Positions 1 to 12,279 of a DNA stretch of 64,000 nt are shown piece after piece. This stretch comes from Flectonema sp. DT1601. Lineage: Eukaryota. Within the stretch, counting starts at the first letter, position 1. Each line of letters begins with the position of its first letter. The translations under genes and the position numbers were made by a program. The stretch lies in contig OZ025797.1 of the NCBI GenBank assembly GCA_964019425.1, forward strand, positions 1-64,000, in the 5' to 3' direction. Under the pieces are notes generated by a model. The model saw only the letters and a list, made by a program, of their open reading frames with translations, searched no databases and was not told the DNA's origin.

Positions 1-315
1 CGGGTTTGCCGAAAGGGAATGCGTGAACATTCCGCAACCTGAATGCAGAGAACTGAAGTGGCAACACAGTGACGATCCTGTCGACCATGTCCACCGGCCC
101 CGGATGACGTAGTCGTCTCTTTTTGAAGGAATGATTGTCCCTTGAAATGCATCAAGCGGGGACAGGGACAATTACCCTGGAAAGCTGCACTCTTTTGTGC
201 AGTAGGGTGTCTGGTGGATGTGCATGGAAAAGACAGGGGAGATCTCTTCTCTTGCATCAGGCCGTACCGTTAACCGCAATAGGTCTCCTAGGCTAAAAGC
301 CTCTGGCCGACAGAA

Positions 316-361
<46 letters not shown>

Positions 362-641
362 AAAGGATTGGCTCCGAGGACACATGTAGATAACGGTGTG
401 GCTCTTTCATGGGTTTAGGTTGAAGGGTCTGCGAAGGGTCTCTCGGGACCTCTCGTGGGCTCGGAAGCCTTCTGTGTCAGGCCGCATGTCGTGTCTACAA
501 TGAAGTGTCAACTTGGAACTGTTACGAACAAGAGGAATCCAACTGGTTAATTAAACCACAGCATGTCGCTTCATCACAGCGGTGGCGAGTGGCATGTGAC
601 TTCTGCCCAGTGCCCTGAATGTCAACGCTGAGAGATCAGGT

Positions 642-701
<60 letters not shown>

Positions 702-1314
702 TTCTAATTAAAGACGCGCATGAATGGACCAATGAGATTCCTTCTGTCCCTACCTACTATCTGGCGAAACAGCAGTCAAGGGAACGGACTTGAAACTGTC
801 AGCGGGGAAAGAAGACCCTGTTGAGTTTGACTCTAGTCTGACTTTGTGCAGTGACATAGGGGGTGTAGTTATAGGTGGGAGGTTTACCAACAATGAAATA
901 CCACTACTCTTATCGTCGCTTTACTTATCCAATGATGGGGGAACGGCAGCTGCCTCTTCGGAGGTTAGGGTCCTTTCGGACTCGTGGCTTTTCCGATTCC
1001 AGCGACAAACGGGCTTCGGCTCGTGACCCCTCGTTTGGAGACACCAGTCAGGTGGGGAGTTTGGCTGGGGCGGCACATCTGTTACACATTAACGCAGGTG
1101 TCCTAAGGCAAGCTCAGTGAGAACAGAAATCTCACGTAGAGCATAAGGGTAAAAGCTTGCTCGATACGCGATCTTCAGTACCGATCCACGGTGTGAAAGC
1201 ATGGCCTAACGATCCTTTGGTCTCGCTTCATGTTCAAGGGATGAAGCCGGAGGTGACAGAAAAATTACCACAGGGATAACTGGCTTGTGGCAGCCAAGCG
1301 TTCATAGCGACGTT

Positions 1315-1346
<32 letters not shown>

Positions 1347-1394
1347 ACCTAGACAAGCAGAATTGTCTAAGGGTTGGATTGTTCACCCACTAAC

Positions 1395-1425
<31 letters not shown>

Positions 1426-1820
1426 GGACAGGTTGGTTTTACCCTACTGATGGAGAGAGACCCCCTCGGGGCGGTGTATGTCGACAGCAATACGGGGTAG
1501 TACGAGAGGAACTCCCGTTTCTAGTCCCTGGTATCTACGGTTGTCCGATCGGACAGTGCCGTGATGCTACCACTGGATGGATTATGGCTGAACGCCTCTA
1601 AGCCAGAACCCAGTCTAGAGACATACATGCTTTGCAGTGTTCCAATAGGTTTATCGGGCCAAGACTAGCTTCGGCGAGTGGCTTCAATCAAATTCACATC
1701 CAAATCTGGGATACTCAACCGGGTCTATACGAGTCCGAATGGACTGGCGAGCGTAACACTTCGAGGAGCCTTGTTGTTCCGAGGGTTTGAGCTTTATGGC
1801 CAGTTCCTACGGTTCGTCCC
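1..1820 (+). rRNA. 28S (LSU) rRNA, 3' half (copy 1, cut by window start); 3' end approximate
   Basis: Conserved LSU motifs GGGAGTAACTATGACTCTCTTAAGGTAGCC, GATCCTTCGATGTCGGCTC and sarcin-ricin loop AGTACGAGAGGAAC. Near-identical to the copy at +6890. Confidence 0.97.
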
Positions 1821-2717
1821 CTACCCACTTGTGTGGGTGGGGGGCACTACCCGGATGTGAATTTGATGCAGGGTCTTTGTAAGGTACTAGTGATTCTGGA
1901 TTCTGTGGGTAAGAATTCTGTGGCATTTTCCTTCTTCCACTTTCTTCAACCAACTTTCTTCAACCAGTTTTCCCCAGCCAAAATTCCTTACGGAGTTTTG
2001 TTCTTCGGGGGGGGGGGGGTGAGGGGGGGGGGGGAGGGAGTGGGGGGGGGGGGGTCACACAATTTTTACCCCCAGATCCGGGGGGGGGGGGTGTGCCCAA
2101 TATAGGGGGGTAGTAGTCTTGGACCACTGCCTACTATATTGCTTGGACAACCCCTACTTACTGGTAACTTACTTAGGCATGGGACACAGTTACTAAGGCG
2201 AGACAACTTTCATAAGGCATTTCAATGGAGGACGCAGTCGGTCATGGAAGTCATAACCAACTTAGTTAATTATGTGACTCGTCTACTGACACGGCTAACA
2301 TAGCTGGCTAAGCTTCGTCTCGGTGCGGAGCCCCTGAAGAACCTCAGGGAACTTTTAGGGCAGCCACGCTATGCTGAGGACAGTCACGGTAGTGGTCTGA
2401 AGACTACTCATCGTGCATGGTTTCATTACACCCGGCCTTGTGCTAGTGCATTAGAACCATCGAGGACAAATCTCTTTACGGATTCGTTCCAGGCAGTAGT
2501 TATCAGACTCGTCTGAGCTACACACATGCCAATGTATTCTGGAAGGCACGATGGTGAAAACCATCACAAGTTCTATAGAGAAGCTGCTGCTGACCGAAAG
2601 GTTTGGTGGTGACTGCCTCTATCAGAACTGCGGAAAAAAAGAGACAACCAACGTCTTGATGCTTTCAACTCTCGGGTGCGTACTTTCGGGTACTCCCTGT
2701 TGGTTAGAGTAACAAGA
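1821..2717 (+). other. rDNA 3'ETS/IGS/5'ETS spacer (copy 1) with long G-tracts
   Basis: Lies between 28S end and 18S start; repeated at 8711-9608. Confidence 0.9.
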
Positions 2718-4041
2718 AACCTGGTTGATCCTGCCAGTAGTCATATGCTTGTTTCAAGGATTAAGCCATGCAAGTCTCAGAGTAAATGGATCACATTGGG
2801 TCTGCAGACGGCTCATTAAATCAGCCATAATCTACGCGGGGAAAATGCCTTACGGCGTTCAGTTGGATAACAATGGTAACTCCATTGCTAATACATGTCC
2901 GAAAAGTCCAACACAGTTACTTCTTTTGATTAAACCCTTGGGAATGTGGTGGATGCAGTTGACCGAAACAGGAACCAACGCTTTCACGAGCAGCGGTGAG
3001 TGGATGAAACAGGTCAACCGAGCGATAGCGCACACCCTTGAGGTGGTGCAAGCCCGCAAGAGTATCTGCCCTATCAGCTTTTGACGGTAGTGTAGTGGAC
3101 TACCGTGGCTGTAACGGGTAACGGGGAATTAGGGTTCGATTCCGGAGAGGGAGCCTGAGAAACGGCTACCACATCTAAGGATGGCAGCAGGCGCGCAAAT
3201 TGCCCAATAGCAACAAATTTAGCTGAGGCAGCGAAGAGGAATAGTAACTTCAAGTGCTTTTGCATTCTGAAGATTGCAATGGATGATATTTAAATCTGTC
3301 AGTGAGTATCAATTGGTGGACAAGTCTGGTGCCAGCACCCGCGGTAATTCCAGCACCAATAGCGTATATTAATGCTGCTGCTGTTAAAAAGCTCGTAGTT
3401 GGATCCAGAGTACAAGTTACATCGGGCTTCCTCAGTTGTAGCTCCCGTACTGGGGGTTATGATTGTTGAAGATTACAACCCGTTGTATCAAGACTTGTGC
3501 TCTATTAATGGTGGTAATGGAGCCCTGCTATTAGGCTCCTTCATTGGGGCTGAACGCGCTTACGTGTTAACCATACGCATACGGGTCGACCACCGAAGTT
3601 ACTGTGAACAAACCAGCGTGTCCAAAGCAGGCGTTCGTCTTGTATGATAAAGCATGGAATAACAAGGGATCGATTCTCTCGGTCATTTTTGTTGGTTCTT
3701 AACCCGAGAAGGAATAATTTAAGGTAAGGCTCCAAAACTGACACTCGTGCCAGCGAGGACCTTGCCCCAGCGGGATCAATAGGGACTGCCGGGGTCGTAC
3801 GTACTCCCACGTCAGAGGTGAAATTCTTAGATCGTGGGAAGACGAACTTCTGCGAAAGCATTCGACAAGAATGTCTTCATTAATCAAGAACGAGAGTGTG
3901 GGGATCGAAGATGATCAGATACCGTCGTAGTCCACTACTGTAAACGATGCCGTCTCAGGATCGAGAGATGCACTTTTGGCTCTCACGGCACTAACCCCTG
4001 AAACGAGAAATCAAAGATTATGGGTTCAGGGGGGAGTACAT

Positions 4042-4074
<33 letters not shown>

Positions 4075-4766
4075 TGACACCACCAGGCGTGGAGTATGCG
4101 GCTTAATTTGACTCAACACGGGGAATTTTACTAGGTCAGGACAATGAAAGGATTGACAGATTGAGAGCTCTTTCTCGATCCATTGTGTGGTGGTGCATGG
4201 CCGCTCCTGGTTGGTGGAGTGATTTGTCTGGTTGATTCCGTTAACGAACGAGATCTCGACCCTTCAGTAGGGGCGCTCGTCGCTTAGGTCTTAGGCGTTC
4301 TACGTCCTTTTTCCAAGACAGTGCCGCCCTTCTTAAGGGGACTGTGTGCGCCTTCAGCACGCGTAAGAGCGAGCCAATAGCAGGTCTGTGATGCTCCTAA
4401 ATGTCCTAGGCTGCACGCGCACTACACTGACGCATTAAACGAGTCTGATTGGCATCCGCCAACCTATCTTGAAGAAGATGGGAAACCTTTTTAACTTGCG
4501 TCGTGATGAGGATCGATGATTGCAATTATTCTCCTTGAATGAGGAATGCCTAGTAGGCGCAAGTCATCAGCTTGCACTGATTACGTCCCTGCCATTTGTA
4601 CACACCGCCCGTCGTTGCTACCGATTGGCTGTGGGATAGAGCTGGGGGGAGAGAGCTCTCTGCGGGCAACCGCTTAGAGCGTTTCGAATCCCAGCAATAT
4701 TTCTCAGCTAGAGGAAGCAAAAGTCGTAACAAGGTTGCTGTAGGTGAACCTGCAGCAGGATCATTA
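2718..4766 (+). rRNA. 18S (SSU) rRNA, complete, about 2.05 kb, euglenozoan type
   Basis: Starts AACCTGGTTGATCCTGCCAGT and ends GAACCTGCAGCAGGATCATTA, with conserved core motifs throughout. Confidence 0.98.
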
Positions 4767-4908
4767 CCAAAGTCGAATTCTGTTAGGCAGCTGGCCTTGG
4801 TTGGCTGGCTAAGAGGACCGATATTATTTTTTCTGGAAAAAATCCCAAGAGCAGGTAAAACTGTTTTGCGGTCCCCCATCTACCGCGCGTAGTGGGGTGA
4901 CAACAATA

Positions 4909-5058
4909 GCACTTACCGGTGGATGTCTTGGCTCTGGGATCGATGAAGACCGCAGCTAGACGCGATATTCAATGGGAATTGCAGAAGCATGAGACTCATC
5001 AGGTCGTCGAACGCACTTGCGGGTTAGGTTCGCCTATCCCATCAGTTGTTGAGTGTCG
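4909..5058 (+). rRNA. 5.8S rRNA (ends approximate)
   Basis: GGATGTCTTGGCTC...CGATGAAGACCGCAGC...GAATTGCAGAA...GAACGCAC motifs between ITS1 (about 140 nt) and ITS2 (about 190 nt). Confidence 0.93.
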
Positions 5059-5247
5059 CTTACAAACCTTATCCTCTGGCTTTTTATGTTTACATAAGGT
5101 TGGGCAGCTGGTAAATGGTAGTGTTGATTTCTTCTGACGTCCCCTCTACTTAAGGTTAGGGTCCTCGGACCTTTGAGCGACCACACGTGGTCGGTCTTGT
5201 GGGACTCGTCTTACGGCAGGCCAATGTGATTGCGATTTACTTCTTAC

Positions 5248-7205
5248 CGACCTCAGCAGTTGAAGATCTACGTGCTGAACTTAAGCATATCACTCAGCAC
5301 AGGAAAAGAAAGCAACAGCGATTCTCCCAGTAACGGCGAGTGAACAGGGAACAGCCCAAGCCTGAATCCGAAAGGAATTGTGGTGCAAGCTATTGTGGGG
5401 ATCTGGTGGTGTTCGGACAAGTCTCCTGGAATGGGGTCACCAAAGAGGGTGAGAGTCCCGTACATCTGAGCAGCCATCCAGTCTACCTTCACAGTCAGCA
5501 AGAGTCGCTCAGTTTGGGAATGCTGAGCTAATTGGCAGGTATCCCTCTGCTAAGGCTAAATATCTCCCGGAGACCGATAGCGAACAGGTACAGTGATGGA
5601 AAGATGCAAAGAACTTTGAAAAGAGGGTTAAAAGTCCCTGAAACCGGTGAGTGGTAAGAGTACGAGATCCGTTCAAAACTTCATGATTCTCCTCATCAGT
5701 CCTATCATTAAGTTGTCTGGTCGTATTCGACGCGCCTACATGCTGGGTGCCGTGAGCTTGCTCAGGCCCTGGTTCTGCAGACCGTGTAGGATACGTATGT
5801 GCACGAGGGCAAAGTTCTGTATTGGTGCACGTTTGTGAAAGTCTTCAATCCTACGGGAAAGCTGCTATCCAAATGTTGTATTAATGCAGTGCCACCCCCG
5901 CAGTGCACGCACCAGACGTAGCGATCTTGCACTACCCGTCTTGAAACACGGACCAAGGAGTCTAACACGTGTGCAAGGTTTAGGGTGTCAAACCCATAAG
6001 CCGCACTGAAAGGGACTTTATGTGCCAACCCCTGGGGGTGCAGCACAGCCCGATCCCGATTTATTGGAAAAGGATTTGAGGTAAAGTACACTTGTTGGGA
6101 CCCGAAAGATGGTGAACTATGCCTGGATAGGACGAAGCCGGGGGAAACTCTGGTGGAGGTCCGTTGCGGTGTTGACGTGCAAATCGCTCGTCAAAGCTGG
6201 GTATAGGGGCGAAAGACCCATCGAACCATCTAGTAGCTGGTTCACTCCGAAGTTTCCCTCAGGATAGCTGGAACCATAAAAGGAGTTACGCCAGGTAAAG
6301 CGAATGATTGGAGGCATTGGGGATATCGTTTCCTCGACCTATTCTCAAACTTTAAATGGGCGTGAACGCGGGGTTGCTCAATTGAACCCCGACGAAGAAT
6401 CCTGGTTCCAAGTGGGCCACTTCTGGTAAGCAGGACTGGCGACGCGGGATGAACCGAGAGCTGACTTAAGGTGTCCGAGTGGTCGCTCATCAGATCCCAC
6501 AAAGGGTATCGGTTCATCTAGACAGCAGGACGGTGGCCATGGAAGTCGGCATCCGATAATGAGTGTGTAACAACTCACCTGCCGAATGAACCGGTCCCGA
6601 AAATGGATGATGCTCAAGCGATCCACCCATAGTCGGCCGAGGTCCGGTATTCAAAAGCCGGCCTTGAGTAGGAGTGCGTGATCCATGCCGCGAAGGAATT
6701 GGCGTGAGCCTTTCTGGAGCGTGGATGAGTGCAGATCTTGGTTGTAGTAGCGAATATTCAATGGAGAACATTGAAGGCCGAAGTGGAGAAGGTTTCCGTG
6801 TCAACAGCAGTTGGACACGGGTCAGTCGGTCCTAAGGCAAGGTGTAATTGCTCGCCTCAAAGCCGTCATGGGAGCACTTGTGTTTCTGTGCGGGTTTGCC
6901 GAAAGGGAATGCGTGAACATTCCGCAACCTGAATGCAGAGAACTGAAGTGGCAACACAGTGACGATCCTATCGACCATGTCCACCGGCCCCGGATGACGT
7001 AGTCGTCTCTTTTTGAAGGAATGATTGTCCCTTGAAATGCATCAAGCGGGGACAGGGACAATTACCCTGGAAAGCTGCACTCTTTTGTGCAGTAGGGTGT
7101 CTGGTGGATGTGCATGGAAAAGACAGGGGAGATCTCTTCTCTTGCATCAGGCCGTACCGTTAACCGCAATAGGTCTCCTAGGCTAAAAGCCTCTGGCCGA
7201 CAGAA

Positions 7206-7251
<46 letters not shown>

Positions 7252-7531
7252 AAAGGATTGGCTCCGAGGACACATGTAGATAACGGTGTGGCTCTTTCAT
7301 GGGTTTAGGTTGAAGGGTCTGCGAAGGGTCTCTCGGGACCTCTCGTGGGCTCGGAAGCCTTCTGTGTCAGGCCGCATGTCGTGTCTACAATGAAGTGTCA
7401 ACTTGGAACTGTTACGAACAAGAGGAATCCAACTGGTTAATTAAACCACAGCATGTCGCTTCATCACAGCGGTGGCGAGTGGCATGTGACTTCTGCCCAG
7501 TGCCCTGAATGTCAACGCTGAGAGATCAGGT

Positions 7532-7591
<60 letters not shown>

Positions 7592-8204
7592 TTCTAATTA
7601 AAGACGCGCATGAATGGACCAATGAGATTCCTTCTGTCCCTACCTACTATCTGGCGAAACAGCAGTCAAGGGAACGGACTTGAAACTGTCAGCGGGGAAA
7701 GAAGACCCTGTTGAGTTTGACTCTAGTCTGACTTTGTGCAGTGACATAGGGGGTGTAGTTATAGGTGGGAGGTTTACCAACAATGAAATACCACTACTCT
7801 TATCGTCGCTTTACTTATCCAATGATGGGGGAACGGCAGCTGCCTCTTCGGAGGTTAGGGTCCTTTCGGACTCGTGGCTTTTCCGATTCCAGCGACAAAC
7901 GGGCTTCGGCTCGTGACCCCTCGTTTGGAGACACCAGTCAGGTGGGGAGTTTGGCTGGGGCGGCACATCTGTTACACATTAACGCAGGTGTCCTAAGGCA
8001 AGCTCAGTGAGAACAGAAATCTCACGTAGAGCATAAGGGTAAAAGCTTGCTCGATACGCGATCTTCAGTACCGATCCACGGTGTGAAAGCATGGCCTAAC
8101 GATCCTTTGGTCTCGCTTCATGTTCAAGGGATGAAGCCGGAGGTGACAGAAAAATTACCACAGGGATAACTGGCTTGTGGCAGCCAAGCGTTCATAGCGA
8201 CGTT

Positions 8205-8236
<32 letters not shown>

Positions 8237-8284
8237 ACCTAGACAAGCAGAATTGTCTAAGGGTTGGATTGTTCACCCACTAAC

Positions 8285-8328
<44 letters not shown>

Positions 8329-8710
8329 TTACCCTACTGATGGAGAGAGACCCCCTCGGGGCGGTGTATGTCGACAGCAATACGGGGTAGTACGAGAGGA
8401 ACTCCCGTTTCTAGTCCCTGGTATCTACGGTTGTCCGATCGGACAGTGCCGTGATGCTACCACTGGATGGATTATGGCTGAACGCCTCTAAGCCAGAACC
8501 CAGTCTAGAGACATACATGCTTTGCAGTGTTCCAATAGGTTTATCGGGCCAAGACTAGCTTCGGCGAGTGGCTTCAATCAAATTCACATCCAAATCTGGG
8601 ATACTCAACCGGGTCTATACGAGTCCGAATGGACTGGCGAGCGTAACACTTCGAGGAGCCTTGTTGTTCCGAGGGTTTGAGCTTTATGGCCAGTTCCTAC
8701 GGTTCGTCCC
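5248..8710 (+). rRNA. 28S (LSU) rRNA, complete (copy 2; ends approximate)
   Basis: Starts near GACCTCAG...GCTGAACTTAAGCATATC; contains ACCCGTCTTGAAACACGGACCAAGGAG, PTC motifs and sarcin-ricin loop. Confidence 0.97.
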
Positions 8711-9608
8711 CTACCCACTTGTGTGGGTGGGGGGCACTACCCGGATGTGAATTTGATGCAGGGTCTTTGTAAGGTACTAGTGATTCTGGATTCTGTGGGT
8801 AAGAATTCTGTGGCATTTTCCTTCTTCCACTTTCTTCAACCAACTTTCTTCAACCAGTTTTCCCCAGCCAAAATTCCTTACGGAGTTTTGTTCTTCGGGG
8901 GGGGGGGGGTGAGGGGGGGGGGGGGAGGGAGTGGGGGGGGGGGGGTCACACAATTTTTACCCCCAGATCCGGGGGGGGGGGGTGTGCCCAATATAGGGGG
9001 GTAGTAGTCTTGGACCACTGCCTACTATATTGCTTGGACAACCCCTACTTACTGGTAACTTACTTAGGCATGGGACACAGTTACTAAGGCGAGACAACTT
9101 TCATAAGGCATTTCAATGGAGGACGCAGTCGGTCATGGAAGTCATAACCAACTTAGTTAATTATGTGACTCGTCTACTGACACGGCTAACATAGCTGGCT
9201 AAGCTTCGTCTCGGTGCGGAGCCCCTGAAGAACCTCAGGGAACTTTTAGGGCAGCCACGCTATGCTGAGGACAGTCACGGTAGTGGTCTGAAGACTACTC
9301 ATCGTGCATGGTTTCATTACACCCGGCCTTGTGCTAGTGCATTAGAACCATCGAGGACAAATCTCTTTACGGATTCGTTCCAGGCAGTAGTTATCAGACT
9401 CGTCTGAGCTACACACATGCCAATGTATTCTGGAAGGCACGATGGTGAAAACCATCACAAGTTCTATAGAGAAGCTGCTGCTGACCGAAAGGTTTGGTGG
9501 TGACTGCCTCTATCAGAACTGCGGAAAAAAAGAGACAACCAACGTCTTGATGCTTTCAACTCTCGGGTGCGTACTTTCGGGTACTCCCTGTTGGTTAGAG
9601 TAACAAGA
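8711..9608 (+). other. rDNA spacer (copy 2)
   Basis: Matches 1821-2717 apart from G-run lengths. Confidence 0.9.
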
Positions 9609-10932
9609 AACCTGGTTGATCCTGCCAGTAGTCATATGCTTGTTTCAAGGATTAAGCCATGCAAGTCTCAGAGTAAATGGATCACATTGGGTCTGCAGAC
9701 GGCTCATTAAATCAGCCATAATCTACGCGGGGAAAATGCCTTACGGCGTTCAGTTGGATAACAATGGTAACTCCATTGCTAATACATGTCCGAAAAGTCC
9801 AACACAGTTACTTCTTTTGATTAAACCCTTGGGAATGTGGTGGATGCAGTTGACCGAAACAGGAACCAACGCTTTCACGAGCAGCGGTGAGTGGATGAAA
9901 CAGGTCAACCGAGCGATAGCGCACACCCTTGAGGTGGTGCAAGCCCGCAAGAGTATCTGCCCTATCAGCTTTTGACGGTAGTGTAGTGGACTACCGTGGC
10001 TGTAACGGGTAACGGGGAATTAGGGTTCGATTCCGGAGAGGGAGCCTGAGAAACGGCTACCACATCTAAGGATGGCAGCAGGCGCGCAAATTGCCCAATA
10101 GCAACAAATTTAGCTGAGGCAGCGAAGAGGAATAGTAACTTCAAGTGCTTTTGCATTCTGAAGATTGCAATGGATGATATTTAAATCTGTCAGTGAGTAT
10201 CAATTGGTGGACAAGTCTGGTGCCAGCACCCGCGGTAATTCCAGCACCAATAGCGTATATTAATGCTGCTGCTGTTAAAAAGCTCGTAGTTGGATCCAGA
10301 GTACAAGTTACATCGGGCTTCCTCAGTTGTAGCTCCCGTACTGGGGGTTATGATTGTTGAAGATTACAACCCGTTGTATCAAGACTTGTGCTCTATTAAT
10401 GGTGGTAATGGAGCCCTGCTATTAGGCTCCTTCATTGGGGCTGAACGCGCTTACGTGTTAACCATACGCATACGGGTCGACCACCGAAGTTACTGTGAAC
10501 AAACCAGCGTGTCCAAAGCAGGCGTTCGTCTTGTATGATAAAGCATGGAATAACAAGGGATCGATTCTCTCGGTCATTTTTGTTGGTTCTTAACCCGAGA
10601 AGGAATAATTTAAGGTAAGGCTCCAAAACTGACACTCGTGCCAGCGAGGACCTTGCCCCAGCGGGATCAATAGGGACTGCCGGGGTCGTACGTACTCCCA
10701 CGTCAGAGGTGAAATTCTTAGATCGTGGGAAGACGAACTTCTGCGAAAGCATTCGACAAGAATGTCTTCATTAATCAAGAACGAGAGTGTGGGGATCGAA
10801 GATGATCAGATACCGTCGTAGTCCACTACTGTAAACGATGCCGTCTCAGGATCGAGAGATGCACTTTTGGCTCTCACGGCACTAACCCCTGAAACGAGAA
10901 ATCAAAGATTATGGGTTCAGGGGGGAGTACAT

Positions 10933-10965
<33 letters not shown>

Positions 10966-11224
10966 TGACACCACCAGGCGTGGAGTATGCGGCTTAATTT
11001 GACTCAACACGGGGAATTTTACTAGGTCAGGACAATGAAAGGATTGACAGATTGAGAGCTCTTTCTCGATCCATTGTGTGGTGGTGCATGGCCGCTCCTG
11101 GTTGGTGGAGTGATTTGTCTGGTTGATTCCGTTAACGAACGAGATCTCGACCCTTCAGTAGGGGCGCTCGTCGCTTAGGTCTTAGGCGTTCTACGTCCTT
11201 TTTCCAAGACAGTGCCGCCCTTCT
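9609..11224 (+). pseudogene. 3'-truncated 18S rRNA copy (last about 430 nt missing), end of rDNA array
   Basis: Matches 2718-4333 (offset 6891) up to ...GCCGCCCTTCT, then switches abruptly to unrelated sequence. Confidence 0.92.
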
Positions 11225-11854
11225 CACACGTCTTTACCATCGGGCATGCTGGATTTTTGAGAAGTCGGCTGGCTTGGGAACATCACAAGGAATTTTGTAG
11301 TTTTGGAGGGTGTGATACATTTTGAAACATGGGTAAGCACAAAGCGCTTTGTGTGCGCTTTGCATGAACTGGGTTCATGCAAAGCGTGGGTAAAATAAAA
11401 CGAAGAGGAATAACTTCTTTGCGTGTATTGAAGTAATTTATGTTGAAAAGAATTGCAAAGATAGAAAGATAAAAGAGGGAGGAAGACACGACAAATTGAT
11501 TCAAAATACAAAATACATTTTGATCACTAAACCTGCACAACTAATACACAGAGAGCTAAAACGAGTGAAAACTGAAACAGCAGGTTTGCGGGTTTGCAGG
11601 TGCTTCTGTTTGTTAACAACAAGAACACTTCTAAAACTTCGAGGGATTTTTTTGGGTTCCAAGAAATTGGTGGGCTTTTTTATAATTTTCAGGAAATAAT
11701 AACGGAGGTGACTTTGTTGTTAAATAAAGTTGTTGAGTAAGCTAACAATGGGTAACTTGCAATATGCCATACCCGCAAAACTATACCACTATAACCTTGC
11801 CATCGCAAAGTGAAAGCATGTTGAAATGGAAAAACAAAAAATAAAGAACTTCGC

Positions 11855-11888
11855 GCGAGCGGAGCGAGCCTGGGCGGGTATCTCTAGT
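11855..11888 (+). mobile_element. Helitron-like 3' terminus (GNA mini-hairpin followed by CTAG|T); 5' end undefined
   Basis: GCGAGC-GGA-GCGAGC at 11855-11869, then CTAG (11884-11887) and T. No Rep/helicase ORF seen. Confidence 0.4.
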
Positions 11889-12156
11889 GCAGGTTTGCGG
11901 GTTTGCAGGTTTGCGCGTTTGTTGGCAACTTGAATAGCAGTTTTGTCTTCAATTTCCTTCATCTTAGTCTCTCCAGACACAAATGATTGTTCGGACCCAG
12001 TGTGGGAATTGCATAGAAGATTATGTTCTACCCATCACTTCACACTATTAGCCTGATGGTACTCAGCCAGTTTGCACCAAGGTGACCAAAGACCAGCAAG
12101 TTCAAGCAGGTGGTGAAGCTTCGTTAACCAGCTACAAAAGAAGGTAAAATCCTGAA

Positions 12157-12279
12157 ACATCCCAGAGACAAGGCAATGCAACAGAAAGTGCCCATGTGTT
12201 ATATCAACTGCAACCCCCAACGCATTTTGCTGAAAACGATGAAAAAGATACTGAGTGAAACCCTTATTTCCATCTCAGG
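12157..12279. repeat. Degenerate direct repeat A, copy 1
   Basis: Aligns by eye with 15306-15439 (ACATCYCAGAGAC...ATTTTGCTGAAAA...CCCTTATTTCCATCTCAGG). Confidence 0.8.

Noticed and set aside
1821..2717. 5S rRNA or spliced-leader RNA gene inside the spacer
   Set aside because: No recognisable 5S internal boxes or spliced-leader exon were seen.
218..10778. Many short ORFs on both strands within the rDNA
   Set aside because: They overlap conserved rRNA and repeat with the unit, so they are chance frames.
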